Positions 20,632 to 29,530 of a stretch of 64,000 nucleotides of DNA are shown here, piece by piece. The position numbers and the translations under genes are program-made. Numbering within the stretch: the stretch's first letter is position 1; every line of letters starts with the position of its first letter. Source of the stretch: Treponema sp. Lineage in GTDB: Bacteria; Spirochaetota; Spirochaetia; Treponematales; Treponemataceae. The notes beneath the pieces were generated by a model that was not told the origin of the DNA, did no database searches, and saw only the letters and a program-made list of their open reading frames with translations. The DNA lies in contig JAEDCT010000004.1 in the NCBI GenBank assembly GCA_016294035.1, forward strand, positions 66,192-130,191, given 5' to 3'.

Positions 20632-21144
20632 ATGATTAACTCTATTGCAAAACTCTTTAAGGCACTTTGCTCCAATACAGATCCAGGTGCCTTGGCTCAT
20701 GCTGTTTCCTGCGGTATTCTTCTTGGATTCGTTCCTCAGGACAATGCCTTGTGGGTGCTTTTGTTTGTTTTCATTCTGTTCATGAACATTCAGCGTGCCA
20801 CTTATGCACTCTGCGTTATTGTTGGTGCCCTGCTGGGAGCTCTTCTTGATCCTCTTTTTGATCAGGTGGGTTATTGGATTTTAATGCAGGAAAGTCTGGA
20901 ACCGTTTTTTGTTCGTCTTCTGAACATTCCCTTTGTTGCCTTCACAAAAATCAACAACACAATTGTAATGGGGTCTCTTGCCTGCGGTATAGTTGCATAT
21001 ATCCCATTATATGTTATTGCCAGGGTGTTCATTCATTTCTGGAGAAAGTATGCGGCTGAAAAGGTTAGGGAATTGAAGATTGTTAAGCTGTTGAAGCATA
21101 TTCCTCTTATTGAAAAGATTGCAGAATTTGCAGTGGGAGACTAG
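20632..21144 (+). CDS. TIGR03546-like membrane protein
   Basis: SNTDPGALA...LGFVP, DPLFDQVGYWIL and FTKINNTIVMGS; paired with the downstream gene. Confidence 0.8.
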   Translation: MINSIAKLFKALCSNTDPGALAHAVSCGILLGFVPQDNALWVLLFVFILFMNIQRATYALCVIVGALLGALLDPLFDQVGYWILMQESLEPFFVRLLNIPFVAFTKINNTIVMGSLACGIVAYIPLYVIARVFIHFWRKYAAEKVRELKIVKLLKHIPLIEKIAEFAVGD

Positions 21145-21149
21145 AAAAA

Positions 21150-23381
21150 ATGAAAAAGGATGATAAGACTCTGGATACGACTGCAGAAACAAAGCCTGCA
21201 AAGAAGACAAAGAAAGTAAAGGTGGAAAAACAGTTCCCTGCAAAAAAGCTTCCATCACTTTTTAGAAAATCATACACAGAAAAAAAGCTTAACTCAAAGA
21301 TTCTGAAAAAACTCTATGTTCCAAAGGACAAGACTGATGTGGAAAGCCTCTTTGAGAAGGGGGCAAATCCAAAGAAGCCTGAGCTGCTTGCAGTTTCCAT
21401 GGACAGAACATTTACAAAGAAGGAACTCAAAAGGTTTGAGAAACTTGCAAAGGACATTAAGAGCCATGGCCTCAGAATAAAATTTATTCCTCTGGCTGCT
21501 GTTGCTGCTTTCATCTTTGCGGTGTTCACCATTGTCATGACATTCAAGAATCCAATAACCAGGAAGATTCTCAAGAATGCCTGTGAGGGTATTTTCGGGG
21601 CAAAAACAGACATTGCCTATGTAAATCTTGAAATCTTCGGGACATCACTGACAGTTCATGGACTTGCCATTGGAGATAAGGACCATGAGTTCAAGAATCT
21701 TTTTGAGGCTGAAAAGATTGAGGTTTCGTTTAGTCTTGTTCAGGCTCTCAGAAAAAGATTTGATGCAAAGAACCTTGAAGTAACCGGAATGAAATTTGGT
21801 ACTGAAAGAAAAACCAGCTGCAAGCTTCCTGAAAAACCAAAGAAGCCTCAGTCAGAGGAAGAGAGTGCATTCGTAAAGTCTCTCAAGGCAAAATCTGAGA
21901 ATGCAGTTAAGGATTTGAAGAACCAGGCATTTGACATGCTTGGCGGATCATCTCCGGAGGAAATTGTTGCAAATCTTCAGGCCCAGCTTAAGACTCCGGC
22001 AGCTTCTCTTGCTGCAAAGTCTCAGGCAGAAGAAATGATTGCAAAGTGGAAGGCAAAGCCGGAAGAAATAAAGACTCAGGTAAATGATTTTTCAGCTACG
22101 GTAAAGGCTCTTCAGAAAATTAATTCAAAGAACATGAAGGATCCGGCTGAAATCAAGGCTACTATTGAAAAGGTTCAGAAGGCAATTGAGGAATCAAAGA
22201 AACTTCAGGCTCAGGTTAAGACTGTGACAAATGAAGTCAAGGAGGATTCAAAGAAGATTCAGACTCTTTCAACTGATTTGAAGAAAGCGGTTGAATCGGA
22301 CACAAAACTTGCCAGGGAAAAAATCGGGTCTGCCGTTGATGCTGTGAAGAATGCCAAGCAGATTTTCAATAAGGCAATGGATACTGTTGGATATAACATG
22401 CTGGGACAGTATTATCCTTATGTCAAGATTGGTCTTTCCTATGCCCAGCAGATTAAGGCATCTCAGGCTGCAGCAAAGAAGTCTGAGCCACCAAAAAAAG
22501 AACGCAAGGAAAACTCGCGCCGTTTCAAGGGAAGAACAATTCAGTTCTGGAAAGACAGGCCGGCTTTCCTCATTGAAAACGTCAAGGCTTCTGGTCCAAA
22601 CTTCCGGGGAACCATTACTGATATTTCCAGCAACCAGGATCTCTGGGGAAAGCCAATGAAGGCTGTATGTGATTTTGAGCTTAAGGATATTGAACATCAT
22701 GGGGGCCTTGTAATGGATACTCGTTCAACATCAAAGGCAGCTCTTATTTCCGGTGATTATTCCGGAAAGGGATTCAATGCAAAGGTTGATGGATCAAAGA
22801 TTGCAAAGGTAAGCGGAATTCCTTCTGTTTCTGGAACTGCAGGAATCAAGGCTAAATTCAAGGTTGATCCTGAGTTCTTTGAAATCGGCGGATCTGTTGA
22901 CCTTAATCCTGTAACACTGACTTCTGATGGTTTCTCAAATGAAATGGTAACCAGATATTATCAGGAAGCACTTTCTGCTGTTACAAGACTTTCCATGGGG
23001 TTCGATGCCACATTCTCCAAGGCTAATGGCGTTAATCTTGATTTGTCAGGAAACTTTGGAGATCAGTTTGCAAAGGCTCTCAAGGCTGCTGCAATGAAAG
23101 CTGGTCAGGATGCAAAGAATGCCGCTTTCAAGAAGATTAATGAACAGATAAACAGTTCTTCAAATGAAGCTCTTCTCAAGGTAAAGGAATTCATGGGTAT
23201 TGAGGGTGATATTGATGTTCAGAACACAAATCTTGATTCAATACAGAAAACCCTTGAAGCAAAGAAAGTTGAATTTGAAAAGCAACTGAAGGAGAAGGCT
23301 GCAAATGCAGTCACTGAAAAGGTTTCAGACAAGATTGGTGTAAACGGTGCCAATGCTCTTAAGGGGCTTTTGAAAAGATAA
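21150..23381 (+). CDS. TIGR03545-like protein (single TM, AsmA-like N-terminus, coiled coils)
   Basis: TM followed by IFGAKTDI...GLAIGDKDHEFKNLFEAEKI, long coiled coil, RFKGRTIQF...PAFLI; pairing with TIGR03546-like gene. Confidence 0.75.
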   Translation: MKKDDKTLDTTAETKPAKKTKKVKVEKQFPAKKLPSLFRKSYTEKKLNSKILKKLYVPKDKTDVESLFEKGANPKKPELLAVSMDRTFTKKELKRFEKLAKDIKSHGLRIKFIPLAAVAAFIFAVFTIVMTFKNPITRKILKNACEGIFGAKTDIAYVNLEIFGTSLTVHGLAIGDKDHEFKNLFEAEKIEVSFSLVQALRKRFDAKNLEVTGMKFGTERKTSCKLPEKPKKPQSEEESAFVKSLKAKSENAVKDLKNQAFDMLGGSSPEEIVANLQAQLKTPAASLAAKSQAEEMIAKWKAKPEEIKTQVNDFSATVKALQKINSKNMKDPAEIKATIEKVQKAIEESKKLQAQVKTVTNEVKEDSKKIQTLSTDLKKAVESDTKLAREKIGSAVDAVKNAKQIFNKAMDTVGYNMLGQYYPYVKIGLSYAQQIKASQAAAKKSEPPKKERKENSRRFKGRTIQFWKDRPAFLIENVKASGPNFRGTITDISSNQDLWGKPMKAVCDFELKDIEHHGGLVMDTRSTSKAALISGDYSGKGFNAKVDGSKIAKVSGIPSVSGTAGIKAKFKVDPEFFEIGGSVDLNPVTLTSDGFSNEMVTRYYQEALSAVTRLSMGFDATFSKANGVNLDLSGNFGDQFAKALKAAAMKAGQDAKNAAFKKINEQINSSSNEALLKVKEFMGIEGDIDVQNTNLDSIQKTLEAKKVEFEKQLKEKAANAVTEKVSDKIGVNGANALKGLLKR

Positions 23382-23470
23382 TCCGCGCAACCGGTAGTGT
23401 ATGGTTGACTACCGGTCAATTATTATGTTAATATTTTTGCAATTATTCGATTTTTTTCAAGGAGTTTCCA

Positions 23471-24262
23471 ATGTCAGGACACAATAAATGGTCGACAATT
23501 AAACATGCCAAGGGTGCTGCTGATGCAAAGCGTGGTGCACTTTTCACTAAATTGATTAAGGAAATTTCTATCGCTGCAAGCATGGGCGGTGGAGATCCAG
23601 ATTCTAACCCACGTCTTCGTGCTGCTATCGTTAAGGCTCGTGCAGCTTCAATGCCAAAGGACAATATTAAGCGTGCAATCGACAAGGGTACTGGTGCAGG
23701 TGCAGGTGCAGCAATCTACCAGGAATTGGTATATGAAGGATACGCTCAGGGCGGTGTAGCTGTTCTGGTTGAAGTTCTTACAGATAACAACAATCGTGCT
23801 GCTGCAAACGTTCGCAACATTTTCTCAAAGAACGGTGGAAACCTTGGAACATCTGGTTCTGTAAGCCGTATGTTTGACCGCAAGGGTGTTATTGTTCTTG
23901 ATGGTGAAAAGATTTCTGAAGATGAAGTAATGGAAGTTGCTCTTGAAGCAGGTGCAGAAGACGTAGTTGCAGAAGACGGAGTAATCACAATTACTACAGA
24001 TCCAAACGACTTTACTGCTGTTGTTGAAGCAATTCAGGCAAAGCATGATGCTGGTCTTTCTCCAAAGGAAGAAGAAACTCCAGAATCAGAAAAGTGGGCA
24101 TCTCTCTCAGCTGCAGTATCAATGGTTCCACAGATGACAACTGCTGTTGATCTTGATACAGCTGCTAAGGTTAAGAAGCTTTTGGACAGACTCGAAGAAG
24201 ATGATGATGTTCAGGCTGTTTGGTCAACAGTTGAATATCCGGATGATTTCGAGGATGCTTAA
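23471..24262 (+). CDS. yebC: YebC/PmpR family protein
   Basis: MSGHNKWSTIKHAK, NPRLRAAI, YEGY, LTDNNNR and EEDDDVQAV. Confidence 0.97.
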   Translation: MSGHNKWSTIKHAKGAADAKRGALFTKLIKEISIAASMGGGDPDSNPRLRAAIVKARAASMPKDNIKRAIDKGTGAGAGAAIYQELVYEGYAQGGVAVLVEVLTDNNNRAAANVRNIFSKNGGNLGTSGSVSRMFDRKGVIVLDGEKISEDEVMEVALEAGAEDVVAEDGVITITTDPNDFTAVVEAIQAKHDAGLSPKEEETPESEKWASLSAAVSMVPQMTTAVDLDTAAKVKKLLDRLEEDDDVQAVWSTVEYPDDFEDA

Positions 24263-24291
24263 TTTTTACATATATTTAGCATAGTATTGAT

Positions 24292-24334
24292 AAGGCTGCG
24301 TTCTTTATTCAGTTAAGGTCGCAGCCTGATTTTT
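24292..24334 (+). terminator. Hairpin with T-tract between yebC and ruvC (partial terminator)
   Basis: AGGCTGCG ... CGCAGCCT followed by GATTTTTT. Confidence 0.55.
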
Positions 24335-24817
24335 TTGAAAGTGAAAAGACGAATAATTGGAATTGATCCGGGACTTGCCAATACCGGTTTCGGGATAATT
24401 GATTGCGATGAAATAAGGATGTCTCTCGTAAGTTATGGAGTAATAGAAACTCCAAGTACTGACAGCCATGAACTGAGACTTCTGTCAATTTACAACAGGT
24501 TGAGTGCCGTTCTTGATGAATTCAATCCAGATGAAGCAGCAATGGAAACACTGTATTTTGCAAGAAATACTACGAGCGCCCTTGCAGTTGCTGAATCCAA
24601 GGGGATCATAACATTAAGCCTGGCCCAGAGAGTAATTCCACTTTCGATGTATACTCCAAATCAGATTAAGCATACTGTTACGGGAACAAAGACTGCGGAT
24701 AAGGACACTGTCCAGCAGTTTGTGAAGATTCTTCTTGGCTTGAAGGATATTCCAAGACCTGATCATGCTGCAGATGCACTTGCTGGAGCCATAACTCATT
24801 TCAGGTCTCCGTCATAA
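24335..24817 (+). CDS. ruvC: Holliday junction resolvase RuvC
   Basis: IIGIDPGLANTGFGII, AMETLYF, YTPNQIK and PDHAADALA. Confidence 0.96.
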   Translation: MKVKRRIIGIDPGLANTGFGIIDCDEIRMSLVSYGVIETPSTDSHELRLLSIYNRLSAVLDEFNPDEAAMETLYFARNTTSALAVAESKGIITLSLAQRVIPLSMYTPNQIKHTVTGTKTADKDTVQQFVKILLGLKDIPRPDHAADALAGAITHFRSPS

Positions 24818-25546
24818 ATTTTTTATGGAACTTTTCTTAAGGCTGTAAAAATAGGAATTTCCCTTTTTACCGATTCTTTCAATCAATCCTAAATTCCAGA
24901 GAACCCATACCATTATGTCTGATTCATTTTTCCTGGCTTCTGGAAAATCGATTTTCAGATTCTCGTAAAAATTCCTGGTTGTGAAGTTTTCTCCAAGGTT
25001 TTTCGGAATCATTTTTTTGTATGAGCTTTTTCCGTGAAGTGTAATGATTTTTCCCATTTCTTCTAGTTTCTTTCCGGTTTTTAACCATGTCTTTTTAAAA
25101 TGTCTGCGGTGGTTTTGTGATTGAACCGGTTCCATCATTTCTATCCGTTCTTCGCAGATCTGGCATTGGATGATATCAAGATAGAAGTTTTTTGAAAGAA
25201 GAATTTTTGTGAGTGATGTGAGTTCTCTGAATGCTGATATAAAATTTTTCTTTACGGGGCTTTTTCGTCTTTTTTTGTTTCCATGAAGGTCTGTGGTCTC
25301 AATGTATTTTGTGCAGGCAAGAGGGTACACAACAGTCACAGTGTAGCCTTGCTTTATGTATTCCAGGCATTTTTGTTTCAGGCTTCCAAGTGATCCTGTC
25401 TGTATTTCGAAGATCTTCTTGTTGCTTGCGGCTATGTCTGCAATGGAAGTTCCAATCCTGACTTCTGTTTGAGACCCCTCGTTGTTCAGGGCATATAAAT
25501 CTTTCAGAGTCTTGTGAAGGTGGCTTTCATTGAGTGTGTTGATCAT
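24812..25546 (-). CDS. Putative PD-(D/E)XK-like nuclease with C-terminal winged helix
   Basis: ESHLHKTLK...TEV...IADI...IFEIQT, and C-terminal LGLIERIGKKGNSYFY. Confidence 0.55.
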   Translation of the reverse strand: MINTLNESHLHKTLKDLYALNNEGSQTEVRIGTSIADIAASNKKIFEIQTGSLGSLKQKCLEYIKQGYTVTVVYPLACTKYIETTDLHGNKKRRKSPVKKNFISAFRELTSLTKILLSKNFYLDIIQCQICEERIEMMEPVQSQNHRRHFKKTWLKTGKKLEEMGKIITLHGKSSYKKMIPKNLGENFTTRNFYENLKIDFPEARKNESDIMVWVLWNLGLIERIGKKGNSYFYSLKKSSIKNL

Positions 25547-25582
25547 TGTTTCATGTTGTATCAAAAACAAAAAATCATCAAG

Positions 25583-25611
25583 TTGAAAGAGAAAAATCAA
25601 TTTGATATAAT
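25583..25611 (+). promoter_or_regulatory. Sigma70 promoter of tyrS
   Basis: TTGAAA-17 bp-TATAAT with TGn extension. Confidence 0.7.
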
Positions 25612-25683
25612 TTTGCATCGATTCGCACCGTTCAGGTTCGTCAGTCTAAATGTGGCGTTATGCCGTTTGTTTTGGAGTTATAT

Positions 25684-26928
25684 ATGAATAAGGCAATTGA
25701 AACTTTGCAGGAAAGAGGATTTTTTAACCAGTGTACAGATCTTGAGGCACTCTCAGCCAAAATGGATGAAGGTCCTGTTACTTTTTATGTTGGTGCTGAT
25801 CCTACCGGTCCAAGCCTTCACATTGGCCACATGGTACCTTTCTTTGCATTCAGGCACTTGATGAAATTCGGACACAAGGGAATTGCACTTATTGGTGGCG
25901 GTACAGGACGCATTGGTGATCCTTCGGGAAAGACTGAGATGAGAAAGATGCTCACTTATGAAACAATCGATGCCAACGTTGAAAACATCAAGAATCAGCT
26001 TGACAAGTTCCTTCACTTTGATGGTAACAATGCACGTGCCGCAAACAACAAGGACTGGCTCGAGGGACTTAATTACATCGACTTCCTGCGTGACATTGGA
26101 TCATGCTTCAGCGTAAACAAAATGCTTACTTTTGAAGAATATCGTCTTCGTCTTGAAAGAGGTCTTTCCTTTATCGAATTCAATTATCAGCTTTTGCAGG
26201 CATTTGACTTCTATACACTCCATCAGAAATACGGAACATGTCTTCAGATTGGTGGTGCTGATCAGTGGGGAAATATTACAGCTGGTGTAGATCTTATCCG
26301 CAGAAAGCTTGGTGGAACTACTGAGCTCAATAAGGAACATCAGGCATTTGGTCTTACATTCCCTCTTATCATGAGAGCTGACGGAAAGAAAATGGGAAAG
26401 TCAGAAAAGGGTGCAATTTTCCTTGATCCGGCACTAACTCCGGTATTTGAATTCTTCCAGTACTGGCGAAATGTTCCTGATGCTGATGTCAGAAAGTTTA
26501 TGCTTTTGTTTACATTCCTTGAGGTTTCAGAGATTGATTCAATTTGTTCTGGTGATATTAATGCTGCAAAGGAAAGACTTGCATACGAGGTAACAAAGGA
26601 AATCCACGGAACTGAAGAAGCAGACAAGGCATTAAGCGGTGCAAAGGCTGCCTTCGGTGGTGCAGGTGACAAGAACTCCATGCCTACAGTTACTCTTGAA
26701 AAGGCTAAGTTTGAAGCAGGATATCCTGTTTGTGATCTTTATTTTGACGTGAAGCTTGCTGGTACCAAGAGTGATGCACGACGTCTCATTCAGGGAAACG
26801 GTGCTTCAATTAACGGCAGGACAATTACTGATGTGAAGGCTGTTATTTCACTTTCTGATGCAGATGAAGACGGAGACTTTGTTGTTCGCGCAGGAAAGAA
26901 AAAGATTTGCCGCATAGTTTGTCAGTAA
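25684..26928 (+). CDS. tyrS: Tyrosine--tRNA ligase
   Basis: YVGADPTGPSLHIGH, QIGGADQWGNI, KMGKS and a C-terminal S4-like domain. Confidence 0.98.
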   Translation: MNKAIETLQERGFFNQCTDLEALSAKMDEGPVTFYVGADPTGPSLHIGHMVPFFAFRHLMKFGHKGIALIGGGTGRIGDPSGKTEMRKMLTYETIDANVENIKNQLDKFLHFDGNNARAANNKDWLEGLNYIDFLRDIGSCFSVNKMLTFEEYRLRLERGLSFIEFNYQLLQAFDFYTLHQKYGTCLQIGGADQWGNITAGVDLIRRKLGGTTELNKEHQAFGLTFPLIMRADGKKMGKSEKGAIFLDPALTPVFEFFQYWRNVPDADVRKFMLLFTFLEVSEIDSICSGDINAAKERLAYEVTKEIHGTEEADKALSGAKAAFGGAGDKNSMPTVTLEKAKFEAGYPVCDLYFDVKLAGTKSDARRLIQGNGASINGRTITDVKAVISLSDADEDGDFVVRAGKKKICRIVCQ

Positions 26929-26940
26929 TTTAAGGCGGAG

Positions 26941-28647
26941 ATGTTTGCCGTGAACAGAAAGTTTGTTTTTTTGCCAGTAGTATTTTCTCTTATTGCAGTA
27001 TTGTCTTCATGTTTCATGGCACCATCCTCTGATGATTCGGGTGCAGTGAGAATTGCCCTTCCTGTGGTTCAGGGGGTAAATGCTTCTGTTTATGGATCAA
27101 GATCTGATGTCCCTGCTGGTTCTGGAACATTTATTATTGAAGTTGACTGTGGTTCAGTGAAAAGAACTTTGCCTGGTATGGAAGGCCAGGTTCTTGTTGT
27201 GGACAACCTGCCTCTTGGAACCTGCAATATTACGGGAACATATTTTGATTCCAATAAGAATGAAGCTGCCTACGGAAAGGAATCCTGTACAATTGTTGCC
27301 GGGGATCCTGTTCCGGTTGTGCTGACCCTTTATTACAATATTCTTGACAGGATTGAATCCCTTACATTGATTTCGGCAAAAAAAGAATACAGTACCTATG
27401 AGACTCTTGATCCAAAAAAGGATTGTGTTGTCATGGCAAATCTTTTCAACGGATACTCTTGTCTTCTTTCAGATGAGTATGGAAAAAATGTTTTTGTTGA
27501 TGTGAAGGCTGTCCAGGATACGGAAGAATCTGTTTCTGATACTGGAGAATCCGGAGGTTCAGGTTCGGCAACCCATGAATTTGATTCTGTTGAAGGAAAC
27601 TTTACTGTTACAATCTATGCAAATACTCCAAGTAACGGCACAAAGTCAGTTTCATATAACGTAACCACAAGAAATTACTGGAAAGAGCTTTGCAATAAGA
27701 TATTTGAAATAGATTCAGGTGACTTTTCATATACCATTGATCGTGATATGTATGCTTATGATACTTGTTTATGCATGGGAAACATCAAAATAGTTTCATC
27801 CGGTGATTATTCCATAAAGAGAGCTTCAACCTTCTTGAGTGAGAGATCCTGGTTATTTGAGGTTTCCGGAACGCTTGTCCTTGGTGATGGGAAAAACAAA
27901 ATTATCCTTGACGGCCAGACAAATGTGGCAGACCTTTACAAGAGCAATACCGATTCTGTCATTAGAATTGATGATGGCGGTTCCCTGGTCATGAATGGTG
28001 TTGTGGCAAAAAATAATCTTGTTTCTGGAACCTCACATGGAGCCGTGATTTCTTCAGAAGAAAACAATAGCGGCGGGTCAAGTGTTGAATTAACCGGATG
28101 CACTTTTGAAAACAATGTGAACATGTCTACGCATGGTGGTGCAATTTATTTGGCTAAGGGGGTTCCTCTCACTGTAAAAGGTTGTGTCTTTGATGGAAAT
28201 TCCTGTGAATACAATCTGGGTGCAGAAGGACAGGGCGGTGCAATCTACTGTACGGACAGAATTGAAGTCACTGATTCAACATTCAGGAAAAACAAGGATG
28301 GTGCCAATGGCGGTGCTGCGGTCTATGTGGCATTATGCAATAATACATCTGGAAATAATGTTGATGTTATAATGACGAATGTAAAATTCCTCAATAATAT
28401 TTCCTCGGAATCTGTTGTATATGTTAACCAGGCAGCTGGTACAAATAGAAATGTTGTCATCAAAAACGTGGAGTTTTCCTATGATGATCCGAGTGTTCCG
28501 CTGTTTGTTTTTGGAAGCGTGGAAGAAATTGAGTTTGCGGGAAAAATGACAAACATAGCATCATCTATGCCATTGAAAATCAAGAAAACAGCCACAGAGA
28601 CTCCATTTAATACAAATGGAATCTCAAATATTGAGCTTGTGGATTAG
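26941..28647 (+). CDS. Lipoprotein with right-handed beta-helix / Pmp-like GGAI-FxxN repeats
   Basis: Lipobox LSSC; repeats FENN..HGGAIY, FDGN..QGGAIY and FRKN..GGAAVY. Confidence 0.7.
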   Translation: MFAVNRKFVFLPVVFSLIAVLSSCFMAPSSDDSGAVRIALPVVQGVNASVYGSRSDVPAGSGTFIIEVDCGSVKRTLPGMEGQVLVVDNLPLGTCNITGTYFDSNKNEAAYGKESCTIVAGDPVPVVLTLYYNILDRIESLTLISAKKEYSTYETLDPKKDCVVMANLFNGYSCLLSDEYGKNVFVDVKAVQDTEESVSDTGESGGSGSATHEFDSVEGNFTVTIYANTPSNGTKSVSYNVTTRNYWKELCNKIFEIDSGDFSYTIDRDMYAYDTCLCMGNIKIVSSGDYSIKRASTFLSERSWLFEVSGTLVLGDGKNKIILDGQTNVADLYKSNTDSVIRIDDGGSLVMNGVVAKNNLVSGTSHGAVISSEENNSGGSSVELTGCTFENNVNMSTHGGAIYLAKGVPLTVKGCVFDGNSCEYNLGAEGQGGAIYCTDRIEVTDSTFRKNKDGANGGAAVYVALCNNTSGNNVDVIMTNVKFLNNISSESVVYVNQAAGTNRNVVIKNVEFSYDDPSVPLFVFGSVEEIEFAGKMTNIASSMPLKIKKTATETPFNTNGISNIELVD

Positions 28648-28762
28648 TTTTTTATGACTTGCGGGTATGCCCATGAATCGCTGATATAGAAAATTATTTT
28701 ATGAAATTTATTGACGATAAAGCATGTTTTTTATTATCTTTTAGATAAATTAAGGAAAGAAA

Positions 28763-29407
28763 ATGAGCACAGAAAACGAAGAAAAGACAGAAGTAAAGGA
28801 AGAAATCAAGGAAAATCTGTCAGAAACTCAGGAAACTGAGGAATCTCAGAAATCTCAGGAAACTGAGGAACAGCCATGTGAAAATGCAGAGGAATCAAAG
28901 GAAGACGCAGCTCCTCTTTCAGACATAGAAAAAATAGCTGCTCTTGAAGCAAGGGTTGAGGAACTTGAGGCTCAGAATGCTGAGTTGAAGAATCAGGTTT
29001 TGCTCCGTGCTGCAGATTTTGAGAATTACAGAAAGCGTGCCATTGCAGACAAGCAGGATGCAATTGACTATGCAAATACAAATCTTCTGAAGGATCTTCT
29101 TGAGAGTATTGATAATTTTGACCGCACGGTAGAGGCTGCTGCTACTGCCACTGATGCAAAAACTATTGCAGACGGCGTGTCAATGGTTTCAAAGAATCTT
29201 GTGAATCTTCTTGAGACAAAATATTCTCTTGCATCTTACGGTGCACAGGGAGATGTCTTTGATCCTTCCCTTCATGAGGCAATCGGCAGAATGGAAGGTG
29301 ATGTTGAGGAACCTGTTCTTAATGCAGTTTATCTTAAGGGATACAAGCTTAAGGATCGCGTTATAAGAAGCGCAAAGGTTATGGTTACAGTGCCTAAAGA
29401 CAAGTAG
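28763..29407 (+). CDS. grpE: Nucleotide exchange factor GrpE
   Basis: RAADFENYRKR, FDPSLHEAI and KGYKLKDRVIRSAKV. Confidence 0.97.
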   Translation: MSTENEEKTEVKEEIKENLSETQETEESQKSQETEEQPCENAEESKEDAAPLSDIEKIAALEARVEELEAQNAELKNQVLLRAADFENYRKRAIADKQDAIDYANTNLLKDLLESIDNFDRTVEAAATATDAKTIADGVSMVSKNLVNLLETKYSLASYGAQGDVFDPSLHEAIGRMEGDVEEPVLNAVYLKGYKLKDRVIRSAKVMVTVPKDK

Positions 29408-29530
29408 TGTATTGAGGCAGTTTGTTTTTGTACATTTTTAGTGCTTGTCACTAGTATTAATTTTATAGATTTTTGGGTTTTAGTTTACATGACTTAATGT
29501 TCATTAAATTAAAAACCGGAGGATTTTGTT

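Noticed and set aside
25612..25683. T-box or tRNA-like leader before tyrS (contains GGTTCG)
   Set aside because: The leader is only about 66 nt, with no T-box consensus, terminator or cloverleaf.
28827..28870. 17-nt direct repeat CTCAGGAAACTGAGGAA in grpE
   Set aside because: It encodes the low-complexity acidic GrpE N-terminus (QETEE twice) and is not a CRISPR or mobile-element repeat.
28650..29530. CIRCE/HrcA operator for grpE-dnaK-dnaJ
   Set aside because: No TTAGCACTC-N9-GAGTGCTAA is present. There is only a short TAGTG/CACTA dyad before dnaK, and no hrcA in the window.
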